Origin: a virus
Taxonomy: Duplodnaviria > Heunggongvirae > Uroviricota > Caudoviricetes
Virus record (IMG/VR): IMGVR_UViG_3300021319_000003
DNA: 64,000 bases
Direction: 5' to 3' (one strand)
Each line of letters begins with the position of its first letter. Positions within the stretch are counted from its first letter, which is position 1. Position numbers and translations under genes: made by a program. Shown piece by piece: positions 54,568-63,829 of the stretch. The notes beneath the pieces were generated by a model, which saw only the letters and a list, made by a program, of their open reading frames with translations, was not told the origin of the DNA and made no database searches.

Positions 54568-55034
54568 TGAATAAGTACATTAAGTTAAAGAAAAGATACC
54601 CGGCAGAAAAATACACCACCATTGCTGATATTAAATTCTTTATCCGCAAAGCCCCTGAAGAAGCTCATAAGACTCTGTACTGGAAAGATGGAAAGGTAAA
54701 CCTTATAAACGCTCTTCGTGCCCATAGGCTTGTTGACCGGGGAGATTATTTCCATCGGTCCATTAACAATAAAAGGCTTGAAAAAGGGAAAGACAGACGT
54801 CGGAAAGCTTTAAAAGATATCATGCTTGACAAGTGGTGTCTTAGGCCGAATATCCTAAAGGGAGCTCGCTTTAAGAATGGAAAGATTGCCTGTAATAAAT
54901 GCGGTTCAACGGAATTGAAATATACCATGTATGGTGATGGTTGCGGTTTCGTTGAATATGAATACGAATGTCAGGGATGCGGCAGTACAATTTATCACCT
55001 GAAGCGAAGCGGAACGGAGTATAGATTCCTTTAA
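54567..55034 (+). CDS. hypothetical basic protein with C-terminal Cys cluster
   Basis: 155 aa. CNKCGS...CQGCGS motifs. Confidence 0.5.
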   Translation: MNKYIKLKKRYPAEKYTTIADIKFFIRKAPEEAHKTLYWKDGKVNLINALRAHRLVDRGDYFHRSINNKRLEKGKDRRRKALKDIMLDKWCLRPNILKGARFKNGKIACNKCGSTELKYTMYGDGCGFVEYEYECQGCGSTIYHLKRSGTEYRFL

Positions 55035-55053
55035 GTTTAGGATGGAGGGTAGT

Positions 55054-55476
55054 ATGGCAGAAAAAGTTTTAAAATCAATCACGCTTAACTTTGAAAACGT
55101 ATCCAGTATTAAAATTCCGGCTCGTTACATTGAGGCGTTTAGAGTTGGCGGAATTACGTCAACTATGTTTAAATACCGGAAATGTGACAATGCGCTGCAA
55201 GAGCACGAAGTATGTAGCTACTTCTTCGTCGAGATTAATCCAGGGGCTAACAAAAAAGAGTTTTGGCAGCAGGATTATTTCCAAGAAGAAGGTGAACTTC
55301 CTTTTGAACGCATCCAAAAACATAAAGATATCTGCAGTGTCACACTCGAACACGAAGGCGGGTTTTACGAAGAAATCTATATGGAATGGGACGGCACGCC
55401 GGAAGAGAATAACCGTCAGACAAGTGGCTTTGAAAAAGACGGCCCGTTCTTCATCAAAATTGGCGAGTTTGAATGA
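55054..55476 (+). CDS. hypothetical protein
   Basis: Internal ATG (MAEKVLK) with GGATGGAGGG ribosome-binding site. Confidence 0.5.
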   Translation: MAEKVLKSITLNFENVSSIKIPARYIEAFRVGGITSTMFKYRKCDNALQEHEVCSYFFVEINPGANKKEFWQQDYFQEEGELPFERIQKHKDICSVTLEHEGGFYEEIYMEWDGTPEENNRQTSGFEKDGPFFIKIGEFE

Positions 55477-55491
55477 GAGTAGGTATGAACG

Positions 55492-55830
55492 ATGACTTTG
55501 ATTTCGCCCTGGACAGGGTATTTAGTACATGCGACATATTTCATACGTGAAATTATGTTTATGCTTGGTTTTGCCAGCGTTGTTATCCTAGCAAGTACCA
55601 TTCCATTTTATTGTGCTTGCGAAGAAGAAAATTGGCTTAAACGCAACTTCAAATCGTATGCCATGTGTATGGTTTTTGTTGTGGCGGCGGCGATAGGGAC
55701 ACACTTAGTCATTCCGCCCGCAGAAGTAATGGCCCGCATAGCTATTGTGCACCAATTGCCGGAAGATGCAGATGCAGAGGTGGTGGATGAATTGGTAAGA
55801 CTGGTTTGCAAGGAATCAGTCAGGTTGTAG
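55492..55830 (+). CDS. membrane protein
   Basis: Hydrophobic 112-aa ORF. Confidence 0.45.
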   Translation: MTLISPWTGYLVHATYFIREIMFMLGFASVVILASTIPFYCACEEENWLKRNFKSYAMCMVFVVAAAIGTHLVIPPAEVMARIAIVHQLPEDADAEVVDELVRLVCKESVRL

Positions 55831-55841
55831 GAGAAGTTGTT

Positions 55842-56150
55842 ATGGCGAAAAGTCAACGAGAATTATGGTTGCTTAATTTAGGTGGCGTTTATATTTTTAC
55901 AAAAGGCACAGAAGAAGAAGTCAGGCAATACCTGGAAAAAATGGTCGAGGATGCAATGGCGGACTATGAAGACTGCTATTGCGATGGTGTCAAAAAATGG
56001 GAAGATAAATATCTGTACGCAACGGTGACTTATGAAACCGGCGCCGAAGAGGAACCAACAGCTGAATTTAAGGCTATTCCACTTAGGAAGGTTGCTGCAA
56101 AACCTATAGGGGAATTGCTGAAGGCGTGTGAAGAAGAGAAAAAGGAGTGA
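55842..56150 (+). CDS. hypothetical protein
   Basis: Internal ATG (MAKSQRE) with AGGAGAAG ribosome-binding site. Confidence 0.5.
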   Translation: MAKSQRELWLLNLGGVYIFTKGTEEEVRQYLEKMVEDAMADYEDCYCDGVKKWEDKYLYATVTYETGAEEEPTAEFKAIPLRKVAAKPIGELLKACEEEKKE

Positions 56151-56154
56151 GTTT

Positions 56155-56649
56155 ATGACACAAGAATCTTTAGCACAGATGTGTGATGTCTATAAGGCAT
56201 TCTCTAAAGAGTTTTTTAACACTGAGGATATCAGCTTTGTTAAAGGCAATCCCATTATCCACATGGAGGCTGATGTTGACTCCGTCTTGGTAGGAGCTGA
56301 GGATACTGAAGCAACGGGCGCCCGAATATACTCAACTGCTGTTAAGACTGGCGCAAACGCAGAAGTCCTTTCAGAAGTCGAAAAGATGATTGATAAAGGG
56401 AAGAAATCGGCGGCAATTCGCCACGATTGGCCGGCAGCCTTTCGCAAAGTGAGAAATGGGCGTGACCTTAGTCACGCAATCGGTTGGGGTTTTTATAAAG
56501 ACGATTTGCGTACATTTATTGAACTCCATAAAGCAAACAAGTTCCGTAAAAAGATTGAAGACGTGCTCGAAGATTGCAACTATCATACTTTCTGCGGATA
56601 TTTGTCTGAAAAGGATTATGATGGAGCACAAAAGGCGGAAGAGCTATGA
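56155..56649 (+). CDS. hypothetical protein
   Basis: ATG with AAAAGGAG ribosome-binding site (MTQESLAQM). Confidence 0.5.
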   Translation: MTQESLAQMCDVYKAFSKEFFNTEDISFVKGNPIIHMEADVDSVLVGAEDTEATGARIYSTAVKTGANAEVLSEVEKMIDKGKKSAAIRHDWPAAFRKVRNGRDLSHAIGWGFYKDDLRTFIELHKANKFRKKIEDVLEDCNYHTFCGYLSEKDYDGAQKAEEL

Positions 56650-56897
56650 TGAGATTTGAGGTCGAGTGGCACAAAACATCAAAAGAATTGCCATCACCAT
56701 GGGTAGATTGTTATCTTGCCGTCCTTGATGACCACAGCGACGACGAATTAATGGTTGTCTTCGGTCACTATGTTCCTCAAAATGATAATTTTGTCAGTGA
56801 TATGTTTAACATTACATGGAAAAGAGAGCAGGTTAAGTACTGGACGGCGCAGCTCCTTCCATGGGCGGATGAATTGAGGGAAAGCGATGAAATATGA
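56646..56897 (+). CDS. hypothetical protein
   Basis: 83-aa ORF overlapping the upstream stop. Confidence 0.5.
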   Translation: MMRFEVEWHKTSKELPSPWVDCYLAVLDDHSDDELMVVFGHYVPQNDNFVSDMFNITWKREQVKYWTAQLLPWADELRESDEI

Positions 56898-57138
56898 AGT
56901 GCATTGGGTAAAGGCGTTTGGAATGTGCATAGGTGAGCCTCATAAGGACGAATATCATGGCACATTCAACAGCCTTGAAGAAGCTCAACAGTCTGTAAGA
57001 GACTGGTGGCAGAAAAACGAATATCAGCCGCGATATGTTCGTCAGATGGCCGACGACAAGGGCCGTATCTGGTGGGACTACGGACTTCACTCATCATTCT
57101 ATGTGTTTAAGGAAGTGGCCAATGAAAAAATCGGATAA
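56887..57138 (+). CDS. hypothetical protein
   Basis: 83-aa ORF overlapping the upstream gene. Confidence 0.5.
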   Translation: MKYEVHWVKAFGMCIGEPHKDEYHGTFNSLEEAQQSVRDWWQKNEYQPRYVRQMADDKGRIWWDYGLHSSFYVFKEVANEKIG

Positions 57139-57290
57139 GGTGCGGCGCCACCAAGAACGTCATTGGTGGTATCGCCGCTTGAAACAGAGACAAGTACGGT
57201 ATCAGCAATGATGTATTTGAAGAACGCAACGGCAGATATCTTTATAGTGTAACCTGGTGGCTGTGTGAGTATTTTACGGGGCTGTGAACG

Positions 57291-57482
57291 ATGGCTAAAA
57301 TTTGCATGACGGAGAGAACTCCGGAAAAGAATTGCAATAAGTGCGAACACTATAAATACGACGTCACTTACGGCGAGAAGTGCTGCTATGCCGAGCCTAA
57401 CGAATATGGCGAAGTATATTGGGCGCCGGTAAAAGAAAAGCCGAAAAAGAGCTACATCTCTTTTAGTTCGGCTTGTGGCTGA
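57291..57482 (+). CDS. small Cys-containing protein
   Basis: 63-aa ORF with CNKCEHYKY...CCYAEP motif. Confidence 0.45.
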   Translation: MAKICMTERTPEKNCNKCEHYKYDVTYGEKCCYAEPNEYGEVYWAPVKEKPKKSYISFSSACG

Positions 57483-57502
57483 CAAAGAAAGGTGAGAATA
57501 GA

Positions 57503-57706
57503 ATGATTCTGTACACGGCTGATATGCTCAACAAGGTAGCTGAAGCGATGCCAGAAAATGTAGCTATTCTTGGAGACGAAAAACTGATAAAATTTCTTGA
57601 ACCATTCGGCGATGTCTATTATGTCACGGACGGTGAGTGGAAACTGCATAAAAAAGGCATCGAACCCACCAAAGAGAATGTGGCAGAAAGGATAAAGCAG
57701 AGGTAA
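57503..57706 (+). CDS. hypothetical protein
   Basis: Internal ATG with AAAGGTGAGAATAGAATG ribosome-binding site. Confidence 0.45.
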   Translation: MILYTADMLNKVAEAMPENVAILGDEKLIKFLEPFGDVYYVTDGEWKLHKKGIEPTKENVAERIKQR

Positions 57707-57710
57707 AGAC

Positions 57711-58148
57711 ATGGCAAACAAAGAGAAATTGATTGAATGCCTGGCAACGCTAACGGAGGAAGAACTCGCTCTGACTATGGCCACAGGCTTAGACTGTAAG
57801 CATTGCCCCGTAGCGCAGGAAAATGGGAAAAAGTGCTATGACAAGGTTGTCTGCTTCAAAAACATGATGACCTGGTTTGAGGAGGAAAAAATGGAAGAAA
57901 CAAAGTACCCGGAACAGATTGAAATTATCTGGACCGTAGATGATGTTCTCGATATGCTGGTAGCCTTTGATAAAAGCAACACAGAAGTACTTTATCGGGA
58001 TTTAGGCATGACCAGACAGGAAGCCGCCCATGTGTTGCATGAAGTAAAAGCACATCACGATGCCAACCTGGGTGTAGCCTGGGATACACTGCGTTACTGG
58101 ATAAAAGAGCTGTATGGCGATAAATACAGATATAACGGAGAGGCTTAA
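57711..58148 (+). CDS. hypothetical protein with N-terminal family B-like Cys motif
   Basis: LTEEELALTMATGLDCKHCPVAQ resembles the EELA + CxxCPA motif of family B. Confidence 0.5.
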   Translation: MANKEKLIECLATLTEEELALTMATGLDCKHCPVAQENGKKCYDKVVCFKNMMTWFEEEKMEETKYPEQIEIIWTVDDVLDMLVAFDKSNTEVLYRDLGMTRQEAAHVLHEVKAHHDANLGVAWDTLRYWIKELYGDKYRYNGEA

Positions 58149-58151
58149 ATC

Positions 58152-58691
58152 ATGGAGCTAAAGAAGCTAAGCAAATTCTTATCTCTGATTTTGCGCCATA
58201 AGCCAGAGACAATAGGCATCACGCTTGACGAGCATGGCTGGGCTAATGTGGAAGAACTGCTGCAAAAAATAAATAAGACAGGCCACAGTATAGACCTTCC
58301 CCTGCTGGAGAGAATTGTCGCAGAGAACGACAAACAAAGGTTTTCGTTCAGCGCAGACAGAAAAAAGATAAGAGCCAACCAGGGACATTCGATACATGTG
58401 GATGTGGAGCTGAAGCCGGTGAAACCGCCCGCCGTACTATATCACGGTACTGTAGAAAAGAACAGCGCTTCCATTGAGGCAAAAGGACTGATAAAAGGAA
58501 ATAGGCTGCATGTACATTTATCGGAGAACGTAGAAACCGCGACAAAGGTAGCGGCCAGACGCAAAGGCAAGAATATTATTTACAGGGTGTTTGCTGGTGA
58601 GATGTACAGGGATGGTTTCCTGTTCTACCAGTCCGTCAATGGCGTATGGTTAACGGACAGAGTGCCGGCAAAATATTTGTCAAGGTTATGA
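58152..58691 (+). CDS. kptA: RNA 2'-phosphotransferase (Tpt1/KptA family)
   Basis: LSKFLSLILRHKPETIGITLDEHGWANVEELL, HGT, and R-x-HVHL motifs across 179 aa match the KptA/Tpt1 consensus. Confidence 0.8.
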   Translation: MELKKLSKFLSLILRHKPETIGITLDEHGWANVEELLQKINKTGHSIDLPLLERIVAENDKQRFSFSADRKKIRANQGHSIHVDVELKPVKPPAVLYHGTVEKNSASIEAKGLIKGNRLHVHLSENVETATKVAARRKGKNIIYRVFAGEMYRDGFLFYQSVNGVWLTDRVPAKYLSRL

Positions 58692-58710
58692 AAAAGGAGC
58701 GTGAATAACT

Positions 58711-59013
58711 GTGGCGGTTAATGATAAAATCAGAGAAATGGCCCACGAAGAGGCTTTTAAGCATTATTTCTGCAACGTCGGTGAAAGTGATTGGCCGGAT
58801 GACCCGGACGCATTCATGGATAAAGTTGATCGGGATGAAGAATATGAATGTGGGGCCGATGAACTATCGTACGAAGATGAAAACGGAAAGTGCATGGATA
58901 TCTGGGCGCCATTTGAGACATACAGTATTAGCGATATGCGAGAGTTAATGGCGGATTTTGAAATAGCCCTGATTAATTTTTACAATGAAGCAAAGAAACA
59001 TGATAAGGAGTGA
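58711..59013 (+). CDS. hypothetical acidic protein (duplicated; paralog of 63519-63828)
   Basis: About 80% identical at the protein level to 63519-63828 (VNDKIREMA..EAFKHYFCNVG.SDWPDDPDAFMDKV...). GTG start. Confidence 0.55.
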   Translation: MAVNDKIREMAHEEAFKHYFCNVGESDWPDDPDAFMDKVDRDEEYECGADELSYEDENGKCMDIWAPFETYSISDMRELMADFEIALINFYNEAKKHDKE

Positions 59014-59286
59014 TTGGTTATGGCACTGAAATGGATTCCTAACGAATTGGTATTAAAGCATAAGGGGGTGTTTATCTATCACATTTACAGACATGACGAC
59101 CATGAAGGCGGGGTTCGTGAATACTGTTTTGGCCTGGACGAATTCGGCAGCGACGACGGCACGGATGAGGATAGCGGCACATTGTGTTCGATGTGCGGGA
59201 TTTGCCGTCCTATGATTCCAATTTGGATGTCGAAGATAATCTGCGCAAGGCCATTGATAACGGCGAAATCACGCAGGATTATGTGA
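59014..59286 (+). CDS. hypothetical protein
   Basis: 90-aa ORF found only in the first copy of the duplicated segment. Confidence 0.45.
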   Translation: MVMALKWIPNELVLKHKGVFIYHIYRHDDHEGGVREYCFGLDEFGSDDGTDEDSGTLCSMCGICRPMIPIWMSKIICARPLITAKSRRIM

Positions 59287-59303
59287 AGACGGAGGAATGA
59301 GCC

Positions 59304-59606
59304 ATGAAATACGACATCGTTCTCTGCGAATGCATTGGCAATAAAGGTCTTAACAAAGCAATCGTAGCTGAAATGGCTGATATGCTTAATGACGGCGAGT
59401 TCTATCCCGTAGAATTTTACGCTGACCATGCTGAAGCGTCAGCTATCGGCTTCATTTCTCGTACAATCGCTGAGAAGCTGCAGTTTGACTACGACGAGCT
59501 AAAGGCGCATATCGGCGGCATCCTTGACGAAGACCATGAAATGGTTTACGAAATTGACGGGGTAAAGATTTTTATCGGAGATAATGGAGAAGACGAGGAG
59601 GACTAA
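59304..59606 (+). CDS. hypothetical protein (duplicated; paralog of 63830-end)
   Basis: Nucleotide sequence from about 59345 to 59470 is essentially identical to 63880-64000. Confidence 0.55.
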   Translation: MKYDIVLCECIGNKGLNKAIVAEMADMLNDGEFYPVEFYADHAEASAIGFISRTIAEKLQFDYDELKAHIGGILDEDHEMVYEIDGVKIFIGDNGEDEED

Positions 59607-59608
59607 AA

Positions 59609-59884
59609 ATGGCAACAGATAAACATATGTGGGCCGGTTGCGAATGTCTCGCCCATTTGGATAATGTCAAATGCTGGCAGGAACGATGCGGAGACACCAT
59701 CGAAAATACGCTCATGGACGCCGTTAAACTCATCTACTCAATGACTTATGGAGTTTCCACTCTTCAGGCAGATGAAGATGAGTTACGGCCCATCGTAAAA
59801 GAGGTAATGCCGGTGCTCATCAAGACGATGCGGGATAATGGTGTCCCTGTATGGAATCCGGAGGCAGATAGCTATGAGTTCTAA
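59609..59884 (+). CDS. hypothetical protein
   Basis: 91-aa ORF with GGAGGACTAAAAATG ribosome-binding site. Confidence 0.5.
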   Translation: MATDKHMWAGCECLAHLDNVKCWQERCGDTIENTLMDAVKLIYSMTYGVSTLQADEDELRPIVKEVMPVLIKTMRDNGVPVWNPEADSYEF

Positions 59885-60119
59885 TGTGCCTTTACTGATT
59901 GAGCTGCACGAAACAGTCTATGTAAGAGACAAGGAAGATGTCTTAAAAGGCGCATTCATGGCTGACATTTGCCATATCGAGCATATCGAATCGGCGCAGC
60001 CAGAATCTTATGTGGGCGATAAGCAGGCATGGATTGACAGGCGTAAAAAGCATGATATCGAGAAATGCTGGGGAGAATACTCGGCTCCTCGCTATTTAGT
60101 ATGGGTTAACAGTATATAA
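59874..60119 (+). CDS. hypothetical protein
   Basis: ATG with GGAGG ribosome-binding site. Overlaps the upstream stop. Confidence 0.5.
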   Translation: MSSNVPLLIELHETVYVRDKEDVLKGAFMADICHIEHIESAQPESYVGDKQAWIDRRKKHDIEKCWGEYSAPRYLVWVNSI

Positions 60120-60134
60120 GTATTAAGAGAAAGG

Positions 60135-60395
60135 ATGGATATCTTGGACATAACAACAGCATCAGAAGAAGTAACTATTTCTCGCAAAAAATTATATTGC
60201 TTCGCGAGAATGTATCAAGCTTTGGAGACTACAGGTTCCCCATTTTCTGGCTGTGCATATTGTAAGGTGCACTGCAATGATGGCGACAGTTATAGAAAAA
60301 TCAAAGATTATTTCAGGAGACTTACGGGCGTTAATCTTAGCATAATATTGCCTCAAGAGGTTAACCTAGACACAGAACAAGACATACTCATTTGA
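60135..60395 (+). CDS. hypothetical protein
   Basis: 86-aa ORF with AGAGAAAGGATG ribosome-binding site. Confidence 0.45.
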   Translation: MDILDITTASEEVTISRKKLYCFARMYQALETTGSPFSGCAYCKVHCNDGDSYRKIKDYFRRLTGVNLSIILPQEVNLDTEQDILI

Positions 60396-60639
60396 AAGCT
60401 TTATGCGATATGGCTAGGAAAAGAATTGTAGATTGGGCATTTTGCTAGACATTCACTAGAAGGATCACATGTAAAGTCCACTATGTTCGAAACTTTCCAG
60501 CGGTCGTGGCGAATTTTTTCTTCGCCTTTAATTTCCATGAAAGAGTCAGACACATACATACGAGATATACGATGTCGTTGGTTTGTTATAGGACAGATTC
60601 CCTCACGTGCTTTGATATTATTCATTACAAGTCTCTCCC

Positions 60640-61866
60640 TTATATATCTAAATTCAATTTTCCGCAGCCCAGATAAATCATAGTCTTGAAATACTCATCG
60701 TTACGGAATCCGCGGGCACGGCGCTTTATATTCTGGATAATGCTATTCATGCCTTCCAAAATAGCGTTGGTGTAGCGATAGTCAAAGTAATTGAGTATTT
60801 CCTGTCAGTGATTTTTTAGCAGTTTAGCAAAGTTTTTCATGGGGGTAAGTCGCGAACGTGTGAGCCAATTGTACAGCTGGTTAAGACGCTCTTCAGCGGT
60901 GGTGCGGTTAAAAGATGTCTCGTAAATATCCTGCAGGGTAACGCGCATAGCGTAGGCTCTAGCCGTTTTCAGGCGCTTGTGCATTAGCGACTCCTTGCGC
61001 TCAAGCTGTTTATCGGTGAGATTCGCATCATTCTTGAGCCAGAGCCATTTGCTCTTGTTAAGCAGGTGCTTATACCAAGGACCTTGCCTGACTTCATCGC
61101 GGCGAACCTCGTCCAGAGCTTCATTGATATGCTTGATGACATGGAATTTATCGATGACAGTGCTGCTGTTGACGAAGTGCTCGTTAATGCCTTTCTTGAA
61201 GCCCAAGGACATATCGCAGGTGACGATTTTGATATTGCCCGGAATGCCTTTATGTTCCTTGAAGTCTTTTACGAACCGATCTACGGTGGCAGAATCTTTG
61301 CCGTTAGTAACAAAGATAACCTTGCGTTGGGCCAAGTCAACAACTACGGTGACATACTTGTGACCTTTCTTGCTGGTCTCGTCGATGCCGATAGCATTGA
61401 CTTCGGAGTAATCTTCACGGGCGCGGGCCTCATCGACATAATGCTTGATGAACCGCCAGAGGCGGGTGTCATGCTCATCTACCATATTGGCAATAGTGGC
61501 GACAGGCAGGTGCTTAGCCAGCTCCACAACCCAGCCTTCGAAGAGTAGGGTAAAACCAGAACCTTCTCTAGCCCAAGGGACGCTGACGGTTTTTACACCA
61601 TGTTCGCCGCACTTAATCCGTGGTAGGTCAGCATGGATATAGGTCTTGTATTGAAAGAAATTAAGGTGGCGCCAGGTTCTAGGCGTCGTGTCGTAGGCAG
61701 TAGTTTCAGCTTCGCATTCGGGGCAAGCAAACTTACTGCCTCTGGGAAAGGAGAGCTCTATATGAAGTTCCATAGTTCCGGATGAGTCCGGCTTGAACTC
61801 CACCTTGGATATAGACCAAGGTTCCGGCAGGTTCAAAGCTGCCGCAAATAAGTCAGTTGTATTCAT
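60640..61866 (-). pseudogene. ISL3-family transposase with an in-frame TGA (codons 60805-60807)
   Basis: The N-terminal zinc-finger and DDE ISL3 regions are intact for 353 aa. A TGA then sits where ISL3 transposases usually have Trp (KNH*QEILNYF). The conserved C-terminus YRYTNAILEGMNSIIQNIKRRARGFRNDEYFKTMIYLGCGKL continues in the same frame. Confidence 0.7.
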
Positions 61867-61945
61867 GATAAGTAAGATAACGCCTTTCTGTCTTATAATC
61901 TCATGGATATAATTCTATAAGATTTTTGGGTGGGCTTCAAGCCCT
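60640..61945 (-). mobile_element. ISL3-family insertion sequence (approximate ends)
   Basis: Encodes an ISL3-type transposase. Terminal imperfect inverted repeats GCAGCCCAGATAAATC / GAAGCCCACCCAAAAATC lie near 60662 and 61945. Inserted immediately upstream of a truncated tnpB. Confidence 0.6.
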
Positions 61946-62417
61946 TACCCACAGTAAACAGCGAAAGGCCAAGTTAGGTTCTGGTCAATGGAAAAAACAA
62001 CGTGTACGAGTTGCTCGTGTTCACGAAAAAATTACAAACACGAGGAATGATTTTCAGCACAAATTATCTTATCACTTGGTTAATGAAAATTCCCTCGTTG
62101 CCGTTGAAAAATTAAACGTCAAGGGCATGGTAAAGAATAAAAAATTAGCTAAGGCAATAAGTGACGTTGCATGGGGAATGTTCTTCGAAAAACTGGACTA
62201 TAAAACCAAAGAGCGTGGCGGGAAATTGGTAAAAATTCCAACGTTCTATCCGTCCAGCCAAACATGCCATGTCTGCGGATTTCAGAATCCAATCGTCAAA
62301 GATTTAAGCGTTCGAGACTGGGTTTGCCCGCACTGCGGAGAATCCCTCGACCGTGACCGAAACGCGGCAATCAACATCTTAAAAAAGGCGCTTTCGATGA
62401 AAACGAAAGTTGCCTAA
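61926..62417 (+). pseudogene. TnpB (IS605/IS1341-type OrfB) C-terminal fragment
   Basis: RuvC-II/III and zinc-finger region (KLAKAISDVAWGMF...CHVCG...CPHCG...DRDRNAAINI). The N-terminal ~240 aa are missing. The open frame starts exactly at the ISL3 boundary. Confidence 0.65.
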
Positions 62418-62600
62418 ATCACATAAAATCAGTACCGTGGGTCACACGGGAACTGGCCCTCAACGGGGCGAACGCCTTTGGAGAGCGCGTAAGACGGGCC
62501 TGACTAAGGTCAGGGCGCTGCGCTCGATGAATCAGGAATCCGCCACCTCTTTAAGTGGCGGAGTGTTCAAGAAATCAGCAATTTCTGACCCAACGTATCC
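62418..62600 (+). ncRNA. putative TnpB omega RNA (reRNA) scaffold / IS605-type right end
   Basis: Hairpin-dense region directly 3' of tnpB (CGTGGGTCACACGGGAAC, GGGCCTGACTAAGGTCAGGGCGC, CCGCCACCTCTTTAAGTGGCGG). The track ORF 62410-62712 overlapping it is judged largely spurious. Confidence 0.4.
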
Positions 62601-62708
62601 ACATACACTCGATGAGCACATCGAAGCAGCTCGTAAATGGTTGGCTGCGCCGATAAAACATGACGGAAAAATGATAAAAGAAATTTGTGCAAGAATGGAG
62701 GAGCATAA

Positions 62709-63074
62709 ATGACCGAAGAACAGATGAAGAAGCGGCTTTATGAGCTTTATCAGCTTGACTGGATGATGTCTCATGGATACAGCCTGAGAGACGTCATTAA
62801 GGGCATGGACAACCATGAGGCTGTAGACCACGACAGCCATATCCTTGATAGCGAAGTTGGCATGCGCGCAGACATTGAAGGCATCTTTGCAGAGTGGGAA
62901 GGCGACGTAGGGGTCCCCGGCGGCTGCATTTATGTTTGTTTTGATGAGTTCTGCGGCGCGGAGCTTACCATGCCGGATTACATCCAGGGACTTCTGGATG
63001 TAGCTGATGATGATGAGCTGACAGAAGCCTACAAGAAATGGCTCAAAGAAAACGGAAGCGAGGTACAGGTATGA
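62709..63074 (+). CDS. hypothetical acidic protein
   Basis: 121-aa ORF with GGAGGAGCATAAATG ribosome-binding site. Confidence 0.5.
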   Translation: MTEEQMKKRLYELYQLDWMMSHGYSLRDVIKGMDNHEAVDHDSHILDSEVGMRADIEGIFAEWEGDVGVPGGCIYVCFDEFCGAELTMPDYIQGLLDVADDDELTEAYKKWLKENGSEVQV

Positions 63075-63095
63075 GAAAAGTGGACGAATATCTGC

Positions 63096-63500
63096 TTGAA
63101 GCAGATTACTTGGAAACACCACGCAATGTGGAAATTTGCGACATTTAAGTGGAAACGTACATCGGAAGCATTGCCTGGGCTGTATCCCGACAAAAATGTT
63201 TTGTTCTATGGCCCGAAGTTTGGGGTAGCGCACGGGAGATATGAGCAGGGCGCATTTTATGTAAACGGTTCATCAATACATATCTCATTGGAGTTTGTAA
63301 CTTGGTGGGCATATGAGCCGGAACATCCGAGAGAAACAGTGGATGCCTGGGAAGTCCTGATTGATTACGGCCGAGGCTGGGAAGTAGAATGCATAAAAGA
63401 GGATGAAGCGGAGGCTAAACGTTTCCTGAAATTTTCTGAGAAAGATGCGCCGCAATGGCCGCATAAACTTCGCCATTGTTGTATCTTCCGAGATGAGTAA
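63096..63500 (+). CDS. hypothetical protein
   Basis: 134-aa ORF. Confidence 0.5.
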   Translation: MKQITWKHHAMWKFATFKWKRTSEALPGLYPDKNVLFYGPKFGVAHGRYEQGAFYVNGSSIHISLEFVTWWAYEPEHPRETVDAWEVLIDYGRGWEVECIKEDEAEAKRFLKFSEKDAPQWPHKLRHCCIFRDE

Positions 63501-63518
63501 AAAAGGAGCGATGATAAC

Positions 63519-63828
63519 CATGGAAGTTAATGATAAAATCAGAGAAATGGCCTGTAAAGAGGCATTTAAGCATTATTTCTGCAATGTTGGCGACAGTGAT
63601 TGGCCGGATGACCCTGACGCATTCATGGACAAAGTTGAATCCCAGAGTGAAGAGGATGAATGTGAGGCCGCCGAACTGTCGTACGAAGACGAAAACGGAA
63701 AGTGTATGGATATCTGGGCGCCATTTGCGCAGTATAGCATTGTCGATGTGCAAGGGTTAATGGCGGATTTTGAAACAGCTCTGATTAATTTCTACGAAGA
63801 AGCAAAGAAACTCGATACGGAGGAATAA
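63519..63828 (+). CDS. hypothetical acidic protein (duplicate of 58711-59013)
   Basis: ATG with AAAAGGAGCGATGATAACCATG ribosome-binding site. Paralogous to 58711-59013. Confidence 0.55.
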
Positions 63829-63829
63829 A

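Larger units (their letters stand above)
58711..59606 (+). repeat. segmental duplication, copy 1
   Basis: Two genes paralogous to 63519-64000. The 3' about 125 nt of the second gene are identical between copies. Confidence 0.6.

Noticed and set aside
60401-60625. Minus ORF 60401-60625 as an IS200-like TnpA or the missing TnpB N-terminus
   Set aside because: It has no HuH/Y1 transposase motifs or TnpB N-terminal features. The region is better described as an uncharacterised remnant next to the ISL3 end.
62410-62712. ORF 62410-62712 (100 aa) as a phage gene
   Set aside because: Its 5' two-thirds coincide with the hairpin-dense putative TnpB omega RNA/right-end region, and the translation is Gly/Arg-rich. 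Only a short C-terminal part might be real, so it is not annotated as a CDS.
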